DNA of 64,000 nucleotides from Octopus vulgaris (Eukaryota), in contig OX597814.1 in assembly GCA_951406725.2 (NCBI GenBank), positions 65,968,001 through 66,032,000 of the forward strand. The letters are read 5' to 3'. The notes beneath the pieces were generated by a model. That model was not told the origin of the DNA. It did not search any database and saw only the letters and a program-made list of their open reading frames with translations. This document shows, piece after piece, positions 34,087 through 46,766 of this stretch (positions within the stretch are counted from its first letter, which is position 1; each line of letters starts with the position of its first letter). The translations under genes were made by a program, and so were the position numbers.

Positions 34087-35255
34087 AAATTCCTTGGTAG
34101 TTCCAGTTGTTATTCACGGTTTCAATGTGTTGAACTGGAATATGAGCGAAATAAGGAGGATTGACCCGAAAATCCGTAAGTTGCTGACTTGTAATAAGAT
34201 GCACCACCCAAATGCAGACGCAGATCGTCTTTACCTTCCTAGAGCCCAAGGAGGTCGAGGTTTGATCCAATTTGAAATTTTCTACAAAACCACCAAATAT
34301 CTGGCCAAATATATTAAAACACCTAGCGACTGGAGGCTAAAACTCGTTAAACACCACGAGCGATGTAAGAAGTTTCATTTTGTCATAAAGGAGAGCAAAA
34401 AAATTACTAGTATGCTTGAAGTCACTAAAAAATTACATAGTATGCTTCAACTCACTAGTAATTTTTTTGAACAGAATAATGGAAGTGCGACAACTGTTGT
34501 TGCAAAGAAGGTGAAATCAATGACAAAGCAAAAGGCGTTTGGCTGATAGGTTGGAGCAAGAACCTCTGCATGGCAAATATGTGGCCCATAGCAAACAAGC
34601 TATTGTAGACCAGAAGCACACCCGTCAGTGGCTACAGGGCTCAGAGGTAAGGACAGAGCGAAAAGGCTTTATGGTATCTGCTCAATATCAGAATTTATTG
34701 ACCCAGAACTACCAAGCCAACGTGATGAAAAATGGAGTGCATCCAAAGTGCCGATACTACAAAATTGAAACAGTGGACCACATGATCTCTGAGTGTAATG
34801 TTTTAGCACCAGTAGATAATAAATCTAGACATGAAAGAGTTGGCCAATATCTACACTGGATAATATGTCGGCATTATGAAATCAAAAATGCTGAGAAATG
34901 GTACAAGCACCATCCTGAAGCTGTAACTGAGGGAGAAACTTTGGGACTTTTCAGTACATACAGACCGTACCATCAAAGTTAATAAACTAGATATTGTTGA
35001 AAGGCCAAAGCAATAAAATCTGATAATTGATTGACATGAATATTCCTTGTGATTAAAATATCTCGGCAAAAGAATTTGACAAGATCAGGAAATATAACGT
35101 GACATCTCAAGATGGTTTTTGTAGGAGCAATCGGAATTATCAAAAAAAGAACGGAAAATTATTTGATCTGTAGTTTACCATCCATGCAGGAAGTGAAAAA
35201 TATCCTATTAAATGGTACATCACACGTAGTGAGAAAAGCATTGTCGCAGTAAATA
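34087..35255 (+). mobile_element. R4/Dong family B copy 2, decayed
   Basis: ORFs 34094-34982: MHHPNADADRLYLPRAQGGRGL, EPLHGKY, RHERVGQYLHW; homologous to 21690-23240. Confidence 0.9.
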
Positions 35256-35409
35256 TTCTTTCCTTTTTTCCCATATTTTTTTTTTGTTTTCAGTTTTCAT
35301 TTTTCATCTTGTTTCCTTCTTAACCCTGTCTTACTTCTCTTTTTTTCTGTCACATGACTTTGTAAATTAACAATCTGGTGTGCTTATTTTGATGGCCTAC
35401 AAATGTATA

Positions 35410-35985
35410 CAGTAAGTTTCTTTCTTAAGAGTTTCAGACCTCACTTCTCAGATTTCTCTATTGATGTTCTCATTCAGTTGCAGCAGGGTCTCCGGTTTGT
35501 TGACGTAAACCCTCTCTTTTAGGCATGCCCACAAGAAAAAATCCGGGCTAGTCAAGTCTGGGGGACGTGAAGGCCATTTGACATTGCTGTAGAGGGAGAT
35601 TATTCTCTCACCAAAGCACCGCCGTAGTAAAGCACTGATTTTTTCTTGTGGGGATACTTGAAAGAGATGGTTTACATCGACTAGATGGAGACCCTGGAGC
35701 AACTGAAGGAGAACATCAATAGAGAAATCAGGTAAGTGGAGCCTGAATTTCTTGAGTGTGTTATGGCGCAAATTTTGGAAAGAGCACGAGCGTGCGAAAC
35801 CAAATATGGCTATCATTTAAGCGATGTCATTTTTCATATGTGATGTAGTGGCGTTGCAAAATTTGACTTGTGCATATTAATTCTCATTATGTCCTTTATA
35901 TTGTATCAAACTTCGTGCTTATTTGTAAAGTTAAGGAAGTTATTAAAAATTGAACGCCATCAGTGACTTTTGGGACACTTTGTAT
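35410..35985. mobile_element. Tc1/mariner transposase C-terminal remnants in inverted arrangement, with 3' TIR-like end
   Basis: Minus strand: WPSRPPDLTSPDFFLWACLKERVYVNKP; plus strand from about 35635: DFFLWGYLKEMVY...ETLEQLKENINREI...GYHL; ends tttgggacactttgta. Confidence 0.8.
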
Positions 35986-36175
35986 GTGTGTGTAGTAAGT
36001 AGAGTAAGAGCATACACGAAAACGAAAAGTGTCGGTGAAGAGGTCACAGATGTGTAAAGAAATATTTTCGGACAATGGACATAAGTTTAAATAAGAACAG
36101 TAATAAACGAGTGAAGAACAAATATATAGTGCGTGTGTTTATTTGGCAAGAAAATAAATGACCGTCCCGAAATAT

Positions 36176-36223
<48 letters not shown>

Positions 36224-36400
36224 AGAAAGAAAGCAAAGATTTTTAGATGATGAATTTTTAAGTATGCATATATAGATATTTATGTATTAATAGATCTAGC
36301 CAGTTCCACTAAAGGAGTTTTTTGTGAGTACTATAGGATTAGTTAAATCCATAAATTGTGCATTTAATATATGTGTGTGTGTGTGTGTAGCTACATCTAT

Positions 36401-36448
<48 letters not shown>

Positions 36449-36548
36449 CATACTAATAGATAAGTAGATTTAGGTACACACACATATCCGGTATTATAAA
36501 AACATAAATAATAAATAATATATGATATATATATATATATACATATAC

Positions 36549-36900
36549 ATAGGCGTAGGAGTGGCTGTGTAGTAAGAAGCTTGCTTACGAACCACATGTT
36601 TCCAGGTTCCTTCCCTCTGCGTGGCCCCTTGGGCAAGTGTCTTCTACTATAGCCTCGAGCCGACCAAAGCCTTCTGAGATGGATTTGGTAGACGGAAACG
36701 GAAAACCTGTTGTATATATGTATGTATGTATACATTTATATATATATCTATATGTGTGTGTGATAACACTGGTGGCGTGGTGAGAAGAGGCCGGTATGCA
36801 TGGGCGACTGCTGGTCTTCTATAAACAACCATGCCCAGACTTGTTTCTGGGAAGGTAACTTACTAGGTGCAATCCCATGGCGAGTCATGACCGAAGGGCG

Positions 36901-36939
<39 letters not shown>

Positions 36940-37155
36940 TGTGTGTGCATATGTTTGTTTGTCTGTGTTTGTCTCTCCAACGACGCTTGACAACCGATGC
37001 TGGTGTGTTCACGTGCCCGTCACCTCGCGGTTCGGCAAGAGAGACCGATAGAATAAGTATTAGGCTTACACACAATAAGTCCTGGGGTCGATTTGCTCGA
37101 CTAAAGGCGGTGCTCCAGCATGACCACAGTCAAATGACTGAAACAAGTGTAAAGA
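36549..37155 (+). mobile_element. tRNA-derived SINE family 2 with a ~145-bp foreign retroelement-like fragment (36762-36905) in its internal microsatellite
   Basis: Head ggcgtaggagtggctgtgtagtaag...ttgggcaagtgtcttct; tail aaggcggtgctccagcatg...caaatgactgaaacaagt. Confidence 0.85.
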
Positions 37156-37176
37156 GTATATATACAATAAATAATA

Positions 37177-37245
<69 letters not shown>

Positions 37246-37264
37246 TATAGATATACCTGCATAT

Positions 37265-37860
37265 ATGTGTACGGGACGTCACCAACGGAGTAAATAACAT
37301 GAAATACGTAAACAAGCGAGAGAAAAACGAGTGAAATTCGCAAACAACCAGAAGAGAATGGAAAACAGGACTAGTAAACATAAAGACTAAACCCTTTATC
37401 AGTTGTCGGCTGTTTATCTACTCCTCATTTCGAGCCTTCAACGACAATATGAGTCTTCAAAGACAATTGCTGCCATACATTCTGGAGGGTCAAAATTGGG
37501 AACAAAAACATGACAGTAAAGACATACAAGGAAACCGAACGAAAACAAACATGGAGGGTCGTTAGACCAGAACGAGAGGAAAATAGTGAACGCTGGGCGA
37601 AACATTTTTTTTTAAGGGAAAAGGTAGAAGAGAAAGAGAAACACACGTCCGTTCTTTCTAAATGGTCACGTGATGAAAAGAAAGATGGACGATGGTCGCT
37701 GTGAGCAACGAGAAAGTGAGAGAGAAAGAAAGAGAAAGAAGGGGGTGACAGATAGAAAACGGTGAAAGTGAGAAGAGGAGAAAAAGGGTATTAGAGACGG
37801 ATGGATCAAGAAATAATTATTTATTATTTAATTGAACACGGCGCATCCATTTCCAAGTGA
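37265..37860 (-). mobile_element. Possible Penelope-like terminal remnant between (TA)n tracts
   Basis: Pyrimidine-rich minus strand, (TA)n flanks and a degenerate hammerhead-like TTGAAGA...CGAAA at about 37420-37465. Confidence 0.35.
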
Positions 37861-38849
37861 GTATATATATATATATATGTCTATAAACAAGGAGACTGGA
37901 GCTGGCAATTCGTTTTATTGCATAATTCTGCAATTTTTTCACCTCCACTTTACCAGCAGATTTGTACTAAAACATTATTGTATAACATGGGAAATAATAC
38001 ACTGAATCGTCATTGCTGTATCTATCTCAAAAATTGTCGATTCTTCAGATTTATGTATAAAATCGAGTTGTTGAAATAACCTGTATTATATACGATGTAA
38101 ACACATCGTATATCCCTTCGTTGGAAATGTTCGTATCACTTCATTAGCATATTATAGATAAAGCAAATAAAAAATGCATAATAAACCACAAATCGAAATC
38201 AACTGATTGTGTGTAGAGTTTTATGTGTGTGTGTGTGTGTGTGTATGTGTGTGTTATATGTGTGTGTGTACGTGTGTGTGTGTGCGTGCGTGAGTGTGCA
38301 TGTCACTGTCTGTGTACTTATCTGTGTATTTGTGTGTGCATATATAATTATATGTAAAAACTGTTAAGCTTCACTGTTCGCTGTTTTCCAAAGTGCAAAA
38401 GGTTCTGAGGTTCCATAGAATAAGGTATTTTTAAACAAAATTTAATGAAAATGTATTTTGTTTAAAAAATCGCATTCATTATTTTCAAAATAAGTTAGGC
38501 GTGAAGAATCGCCTTTAGTTGAATAATGCGCCTCTGCAGGCCCTACGTTCTACCAAGCGGCAAGTGTAATGGGAATCAAACGGCAAGTTAGGTGACGTGA
38601 ATTGCTGCCTTCAGTAGGCACCGACCTCGTAACGTACTCTGTAAAACCGCTGTACCGGTAACGTCTTGCTTTTAGAACTTTATTATTGTTTGTGCTATTA
38701 TAAATTAGGTAAACTATTTAAGAAGGCATTTTGATATATTTTTCTTCGAAACCGACGACGATTAAAATACAGGTGGTTGAGTAACACTAGAGTAATATGA
38801 CAATGCAGAAATTTCTGAAACTGTAACATCTAAAGAAGATATAGATATT

Positions 38850-39064
38850 CTTTGCTACTCTAGACACAAGGCCCAAAATTTTGGGGGAGGGGTTAGTCGA
38901 TTACATCGACTCCAGTACGCAACTGGTACTTAATTTATCGACCCCGAAAGGATGACAGGCAAAGTCGACCTCGGCGGATTTTGAACTCAGAACGTAAAAA
39001 CTGACGAAATTCCGCTTAGCATTTCGTCCGGCGTGCTAACGTTTCTGCCAGTTCGCCGCCTTAG
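38850..39064 (-). mobile_element. SINE family 1, full length, with 17-bp TSD
   Basis: TSD aagaagatatagatatt at 38833-38849 and 39065-39081; A box (ggcggcgaactggcagaa) and B box (gagttcaaaatcc) on the minus strand. Confidence 0.92.
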
Positions 39065-39249
39065 AAGAAGATATAGATATTGAAAAACCTTAAATTCTGA
39101 TTAATCTGAACGTAGAAAAAATTTGCACCTCCCGATTGCACGTAGCTTAGTTAGAACGTAATGGATATTAAATAATTTCTACTTAACTCTTGCTAATATA
39201 ATAAATGACGAAAGAGTTGTAGATGTCTTTACTTTGTAGCAAAACATTG

Positions 39250-41040
39250 ATTTCAAATTTTGGCACATGGCCGGCAGTTTCGATGAAGGGACTAAGTGTT
39301 CAACTGGTGCTATTTCATCGACCTGAAAGCATGAACGGTAAAGTCAACACCGACGGCATTTAAGCCCAGAACGTAAATACGGACGAAATGTCGCTAAGCA
39401 TTTTCCCTGGCATGTTAACGATTCTGCCAGCTCGTCCCCTTATTTTGAAGCCAAAAAAGATTAACAGACAGGTCTTAAATGCCAGAAAAATTACGGGGCC
39501 ACATGGAAGCAGATCATGTAACTTTTAAATGTATGATATTTCTCATTTTAAAAGAAAACCTGATACGAATAATCATAATTCTAAAATGTTCATATTTAAC
39601 AAACTTTAGAATTATACTGAAAATGCAAAAAAATCATCATGTACAGTGCTAAAATCTTTGCTTAAAAGATGTCATCTCATGTATGCTTCATGCAGGTTTT
39701 GTGAAAAATATGAAGACCTGTCTCCATTTCTACTGTTGCAAAGGTGTATTAATATGTATTACAATTTACATTAAAGCGGAACTTATTTCGAAATTACATG
39801 TAAGTAATGCATAGTAATTAAAGCTAGATAAGTCCACAAACGTTGCTGGACTTACGATTTCACTTGTTTTGATTAATATGGCTAAAATGAGAGAATGCAA
39901 AAAGATTTGTTGCTCTATTTGACTGTTTGGAAGTTTTATTAAATGATCGAAATCAACAGGAATAAATTATATTTTACTATAAGCACAAAGCTTGAAATTC
40001 TTGGGGAGAGGGATAATCGATTATATCGACACCAGTGCTCAATTGTTACTTATCTTATCGACTCAGTAGAATGAAAGGTAAAGTCGACCTCAACTGAATT
40101 TGAATTAGGAACGTAAAGCCTGAAGAAATGCCGCTAAGCATTTGGTCCGGTGTGCGAACGATTCTGCCAGTTCGCCGCCAAGTAATAATAGGAATGGCAC
40201 TGAAACAGAAATCAAGAATGTTGCAAAACCTGTAACAGCAACTGAACCATTCTTCACAGAAAATGCATTAGTAGTGCAAAAATTCCATATATATTAAAAT
40301 CAGTTTTCGATGAAGTAGTGTTAACTATCAGTTTTATTAAATCTTGCCAATTGAAATTTACTTTCAATTGTTGGCATTTAGCAGAATCATTAGCACTCCG
40401 AGCAAAGCACTTAGCAGCATATCGTCCGTCTTTATGTCCCGAGTTGAAATTCTGCCGAGCTCGCCTATTCTTTCCATCCTTCCAGTGTCAATAAAATAAT
40501 AGAAGTTAAGCAGTAGGGGCCGATGTAATTGACTTCGCCCCTGCCATGAAATTATTGTCCTTGTGCCAAAACTTTAAACCATTATAGTATTGGTTTCAGA
40601 TTTTAGCACAGGCACTTGTTCGTATTTTTATCGACATCGAAAGGACGAAAAGCAAAGTCGACCTTGGTGGAATTTGGACTCAGAACGTAAAAGCAGACGA
40701 AATGCCGGTATGTATTTTGCCCGGCGTGTAAACGATTCTCTGAACTTATGCTGGTGGTATAAAATTTACTAATTTCGGTTTACCGACAGATTAACGAGTT
40801 GGTTTTACAGCCAAGTTTTGCAGACGTAGCCAAAGGTGTTGTGAATCAATGATATTAAGTTTATAAAATGAAAAGTGAATATTTTAAAAGACGAAGATAA
40901 CAAGGTATCATCATCCCAGAAATTTCAAAGGCCACAAGCTGACAGGATCGTTAGCACGCTGGGCAAAGTATTTAGCGGCCTTTTCCTTCAGACCTCAAAT
41001 TCTGCCGAGGTCGACTTTTCCTTTCGTCTTGCTTTCATAA
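39250..41040. mobile_element. Cluster of five more SINE family 1 copies (39250-39440 minus, 39975-40180 minus, 40370-40575 plus, 40590-40740 minus, 40930-41040 plus)
   Basis: Repeated aaggcaaagtcgacctcggcggaatttgaactcagaacg motif or its reverse complement. Confidence 0.85.
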
Positions 41041-42037
41041 ATACAGAATATTTCCTTTACTCAACAACTGGTTTATCTATGGATATCTAAATTCCCAGAA
41101 CGTCGAAATTAATCTGTAAATTTTACTCAAATTATTTCTTTACATAAGTTGCATCATCTCTTTTTAAACATCCCCCACCACTTTTTAATTTTCCTGCAAT
41201 TATATTTGTTATTACCGCCTCTCACTTATAATGCAACCTTATCTATCTGCATATACATAATATATGTATATAGGGAGGGGATTTAATTTAGTGTGTTTGT
41301 ATGCATGTATATATATATATATGTAAGTGTATGTATAGCGGGGGGCGTAAATACATATATATTAAATCAGTATTTCAAGAAAATCAAACTAGAGTGAAAC
41401 AGTAGTGTTTCCTTAAAAAAATGATATTTCGATATTAAAGTCATCGTGGTTTGGTGAATTCTTAGCTCCCTGTCGAAGTCTGCGGGTACTGACATTACAT
41501 CTGGCCAGTCTTGGGTACTTTGTTGGACAAAATCCGAACGATGTAAACATTTACGACCAGTAAAATGTGGTTAAATAAACTGAAGAACTATTCGGTAATC
41601 GATGTAATATCAGCTGCCAAGGAAAAATTCCAGACATGAACCGTTTTAGAATTTAAATAGAAAGAGCAATGTGACAGCAAAAATAAAAAATATATATAAT
41701 GAAATGTGAAAAAGAGCAGAGAAGTAAGACAAATATAAAAAAAAATATTTAATTGGTATGGGGAAATCCAACAGATTTTATTAATTTTGAAATGTCACAC
41801 CTTGTCCAATCAGATTTAGATGCTTATTTGATTAGTTTTCAACTAAACCTCACTTCGTCATTTAAAACTAATTTAAACAATTGTATTGTTCCAAAACATC
41901 ATTTCTGCTTGATGGTCGGCATTTTGAGGTTCGGAGTAAAAGTTTTTCCACTCCAATAAAAATTTTGTATATTACTCTGCCTTTGGTATTCGAGTACTCC
42001 TTTTCCAGTATATTTTGCACCTATGTGCACTCACATG

Positions 42038-42098
<61 letters not shown>

Positions 42099-42127
42099 AC
42101 ATATACATACATACATACATACATACA

Positions 42128-42159
<32 letters not shown>

Positions 42160-43426
42160 CATACATACATATCAATGTATATCATATATACATTGATATA
42201 GATATACGCATATACATATATAAATGCATGTATCCATGGATAAGTATACAAATATATATTTGCATATGTATATATACATATATATACATGTATATACATA
42301 AATATATGCATTGCTATATGCACGTTCACACACACACACACATATGCACACACACATATATATACATACATACATACATGCATACATAAAAACATAGATA
42401 TAAGTACAAATACATACGAACATAGGAGACGTGTGAGAGGGATATAAAGACAGAGAAAGTGAGCGAAAGAAAGAAAGTAACGGAAATAAGAGAGTGACGT
42501 GTTCCTGAGGCATGCCACTAATTAGATAGTGTTTTTTCGTCTTATTTATTTCTTGATTTTATATCTTCTTATTTTTCGTTTATATTCATTTCCACTGTCT
42601 AAATATCACCTGCTACCATTTCCACGATTTTAAGAAAACAATTCAGGGAGATATTTAATGAGTTCTTTAATATTTCAACAATCGTGTGAAAAGACCTCAA
42701 ACTCTGATAAGTTAAGCCTAATGAAGCTTAGCTCCAGTATTGCAGAACCGCTGAGAGAGCATGTTTAATAAACATCTTCATTATGAAAGCCTGTGGTCAT
42801 TTTGTTGATCACAAGGTTAAGTAAGTACACGACTTTACCTGGTCTTCGCATACATATGAGTGAAAGAGAGACACACACACAGACAGACAGACAGACGCAG
42901 AAAGAGCGTGCATATGTGTGTGCGCACGCATGTTTGCCTGCGTGTGTGGTTGTGTACTGATATGTATTCAGACAGTAAATATTAAAAAAATAAAAATCTC
43001 GGTTTACCAGCTGATGATCGGAAACAAGTGACTCGGAGTACTGGAAAGCGTAGTCCTGCAGTTATAATGCATCAAAGAATACTCTGCATTTTTATTGAGT
43101 CCTATAATATATGACTTCAGGTGAATCAGCACACGCGCACACAGACACACATACACACACACTCATACACACACATGCACACACCTACGCACGCACTCAC
43201 AGACACTCACAGACACACACATACATACATACATACATACATACATACATACATACATACATACATACATACATACATACATACATACGTACATACATAC
43301 ATACATACATACATAAATACATACATACATACATATATACATACACACATGCATGCATACGCGCGTACGTACATACATACATACGTACATACATATATAC
43401 ACATACATACATACATACATACATAC

Positions 43427-43905
43427 ATGGTGGCTGCTTCCTCGTTATCGAGTATGGCCATTGCACGAAGCTTAATGTTGTTATCGTGCAATGCCTGTGC
43501 AAGAAGATTTTTTTAAAGTGAGGAAAGGCTGTGCACAGAGTCAATCCCACTCACTAAGCAACAGCAGCCATAATCCGAAAAGAAGAACAAGTCAACATCA
43601 TCGGTAACCACTGAGCCGCAGGTTTTATGTCGGAGTTATCCCAGTTACCTGAGTTACCTCCTCCTAGAAGGATGCCCTAATAAAGGCTAGGAGTCCATCA
43701 CTCCCAATGGTTTAACCGCGCGATCGAGTATTCAGTCCGATTATTTCTATGTCCCTGCGCATGATACAGCCTTAAGACATTTATTGGATGGCCGCTGACT
43801 CTCAAGAGTTCCTCTGCCCTTTGTCGGGTTTTGTTTTCATCCTGCAGGGTGTCCAATAAATACCCTCCTCACCAAGCAAGCTTGGTGGGATTGCCGGTTT
43901 AGTTT
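43427..43905 (-). mobile_element. Non-autonomous RTE-derived element (RTE-like 5' UTR fused to 3' tail), (TATG)n tail
   Basis: Minus strand has agggcatcc..taggaggagg..aactccgacataaaacc (RTE 5'-UTR-like, from recollection) and a terminal hairpin cattgcacga...tcgtgcaatg before (tatg)n. Confidence 0.55.
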
Positions 43906-44050
43906 TAGACCCAATTGTGGGATATGCGATTATCTAACTGAGGGATCAGAGTTAGGCCCCTTCTGAACGCGTCTACGACAAACGACATATCCACCTCGGC
44001 CTTAGAATGACACAAATATACACGCAAATATTAAAAATGATACACTCAAG
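43906..44050 (+). mobile_element. Penelope-like remnant, left part (split by the hAT insertion)
   Basis: agacccaattgtgggatatgcgattatctaactgagggatcagag = RPNCGICDYLTEGSE, resembling the Cys linker before the GIY-YIG domain; continues after 50114. Confidence 0.5.
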
Positions 44051-45562
44051 CAAGGGCCCGGGATCAGGGTGTGCAGCGGGTGCACCTGCACCCCCTAGAT
44101 CAAAATTTGCACCCCCTACTTAATCTTACTAGTTTCAGAAAAAGTGTCTAAAATTTATCGGTATAAAATGCTTAAGTTCGATCGCGTTTCAAAACAAAGA
44201 AAAAAAATAATAATAAATAAAAGTGATGAAGCTGGCATAAAATTCCCTAGGGAGTTTATGACCACTAACTTCTGAAGGAAAGTAGTGTCAAAATAACATA
44301 GCGACCATAACAACAGTAGCAACAACAATAACAACAACAAAACCAGCATGTATGGTTAATTTTGAATATATAGCATTACTTGAATTATTGAAGACAGCTT
44401 CCACCCAGTTAAAATGTGTAAATCTCTCTTTCTGTCAGTCAAATACTTCTTTCCATCTTTCAGTACCACACCCAATTTCTTTGTAATTGGTGTTGCTAAG
44501 GCCTTAAAATATGGTTGAATGGATTCGACCGTTTGATCCCAGTCTAAAAAATAAAACCCTTTCAAAATTCTGTCAGTCAAAACGATTATCCTCATGTAGG
44601 TTGTTAGGTCCAAAATGTGCATGAAAAAATAGTTTGAAAGTAAAAACTTTGATAGGAAGCATTTAACTATAAATAATTGCAAACAACTGAAATTACGAAA
44701 TAAATTTGTAAAGCCACACATCCGCTTCTATTCTTACTCAGTGGTACCCCACACAGCTTTCAACATTTGGTGGACATTGTCTCCGTTTTCAAACCCATCC
44801 TATCCTCCTCATTGTAAAACATTCCCTATCTATTTCTATCGTTCTTTCTCTCTACATATCTTCTTTTCTCCCTTTACTACCTTTCATTTCTTCCTGTCCC
44901 TATTACTGTTAACCACCTCCTATCTATCTTTATTGCCTTCTTTCTCTACACTTCCTCTTTCTTTCTACCTGCACTCCCAGGTCAATGGATCTTCCTTCCC
45001 CCCCATCCACCTTTTTTGTGCAAAACGACCATTCAATATCCCATACCATTATCTGCTTGACCACTGCCTGGCTAAGTGCCTTTTTTCAACTCCAGCCTAG
45101 CATTCACTTCAGCCTTGATTCCCCTTTTCATTTTTCATTCAATCCTTACTTTCCTTTTGTCTTTATTCCTCTCTATCTGCTCTTTTTATCCTTCTCTTGA
45201 GTTCCTTAGGAAATAGTTTACTTTTAGCGTTACTACTAACAAATCATATCTTAAACACGAAGTTTAGGCAGAATGCCTTATATATTGACGACTTTCGTTT
45301 TTTATCTTGCCTTAATTCTGTCGTATTATCAATCAAAAGTCTTCCTGCGTATATATAAAATAGTATCCGCGTCATATTTGTTTCCGATACTGTCCTGCTT
45401 TTTCGTTTTATATAGAAAACATTGTTTTAATTAGTTTGATAAGTGCCTCTGCATGAAACTCTCGAACCTTCAGTCACTATGTAACTTTCGCCGATCAATA
45501 AATCTATACTTATTATTTGAGTCTGACTCAACATGAGTTCTATTTTTCATGTTTGAACCACT

Positions 45563-45610
45563 ACGCCTCTGATGAGAACCCAATAAGGTTCGAAAATCGA
45601 TTAAGGTTGT
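45563..45610 (+). ncRNA. Minimal type I hammerhead ribozyme
   Basis: gcct-CTGATGA-gaacc caataa ggttc-GAAA-atcgat-TA-aggt: intact core, 5-bp stem II, palindromic stem III (AAUCGAUU), stem I gcct/aggt. Confidence 0.8.
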
Positions 45611-45807
45611 TTATCTTTTTTTCAATCTAAGGAAAAATGGCTAAATTTGCCCTCTTTATAAATATACGGTATATATATATATATATATGTATATATAGCA
45701 GCAAAATTTAGGAACGGCCATAATAGGCCGCTCAACCCACTAGAAATAGCAGCCATGGCAAATAATTTCTGCTGAATTTTTTGCCACCCTATATTGATTA
45801 ATATATG

Positions 45808-45839
<32 letters not shown>

Positions 45840-45867
45840 TATAATATATAATATATCAATAGACATC

Positions 45868-46022
45868 GTGGGTCATGTAGCTTAATGGTAAAGTTCTCAG
45901 CCAGGATCTGAGTTGTATGGGTTCAAATGCCATAACCATCTGCAGGCAACTTTTTTTAAATGGCGGTGCCCCAGCATGGCCACAGCTCGTGAGCTGAAAC
46001 TAGATGAAATAAAAAATAAAAA
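45868..46022 (+). mobile_element. tRNA-like head fused to a SINE family 2-type tail
   Basis: A box tagcttaatgg, anticodon-like stem ctcag/ctgag with 7-nt loop, B box ggttcaaatgcc, T7 run, then ggcggtgccccagcatggccacagc...ctgaaac. Confidence 0.6.
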
Positions 46023-46204
46023 ATCGTAACGATACCAGCTACCAAATGGTTTCACGGCGAATTGGGGCCCCGGGTGGCATTAGTAAAGTCACTGCGGAGA
46101 ATCCCAGCCGATAATCGGCTCGGGAGTCTCCCCAATGACTTTACTAAGGTCACTTGGGGTCCCAATTCGCCGTGAAACCATTTGGTAGCTGGTATCGTTA
46201 CGAT
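46023..46204. repeat. 182-bp near-perfect palindrome/hairpin
   Basis: The outer 44 bp are perfectly complementary and the inner arms pair to a 3-nt loop (agccga taa tcggct). Confidence 0.95.
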
Positions 46205-46702
46205 GTATATTTATATTTACCCACTACTCTACCTGTAGAGTAAGCTCTCCTCCAGTTATATGGTTTTACCGTATATTATCATATATATATATTTATATAA
46301 GAGAGAGAGAGAGAGAGAAAGTGATACAAGCACGCACATATATATACATTAATATATATATTATACATTATAAATATCATATATATTCATCATCATTTAA
46401 CGTCCGCTTTCCATACTGGCATAGGTTGTGCGGTTCGACAGGGACAGAAGCCAAGGGCTACCAGCTCCCATCTAGTTTGGTAAGGTTTTCGTGGCTGGAT
46501 GCCCTTCCTAACGCCAACCACTTTACAGTGTATATATATATGTGTGTATATTATAGATTTCTGAATCTGCCCACTGGAGGGCTGACATTGATAAAAATAG
46601 AAGTCAAATCGCAAGGCGGACCATTAGAACGATGCAACACAAGGAGGAAAGCGAAAAACACTGATGAGGTCACAGAAGTGTGACGAAAGAACTCTCTCTC
46701 TT

Positions 46703-46766
<64 letters not shown>

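Noticed and set aside
34048-34095. 18-bp unit ataaattcctgagcagcc x2.5 at the junction of Dong A and Dong B fragments
   Set aside because: Most simply slippage or repair filler at a junction; no independent function is supported.
43006-43060. Hammerhead-like cag-CTGATGA...GAAA...GTC-ctg
   Set aside because: Stem II closing pair and stem III (G-G) do not form, and there is no repeat context.
45868-45942. Functional tRNA-Pro(AGG)
   Set aside because: The acceptor stem does not pair, the T-stem is mismatched and the anticodon loop lacks U33; it is fused to a SINE tail.
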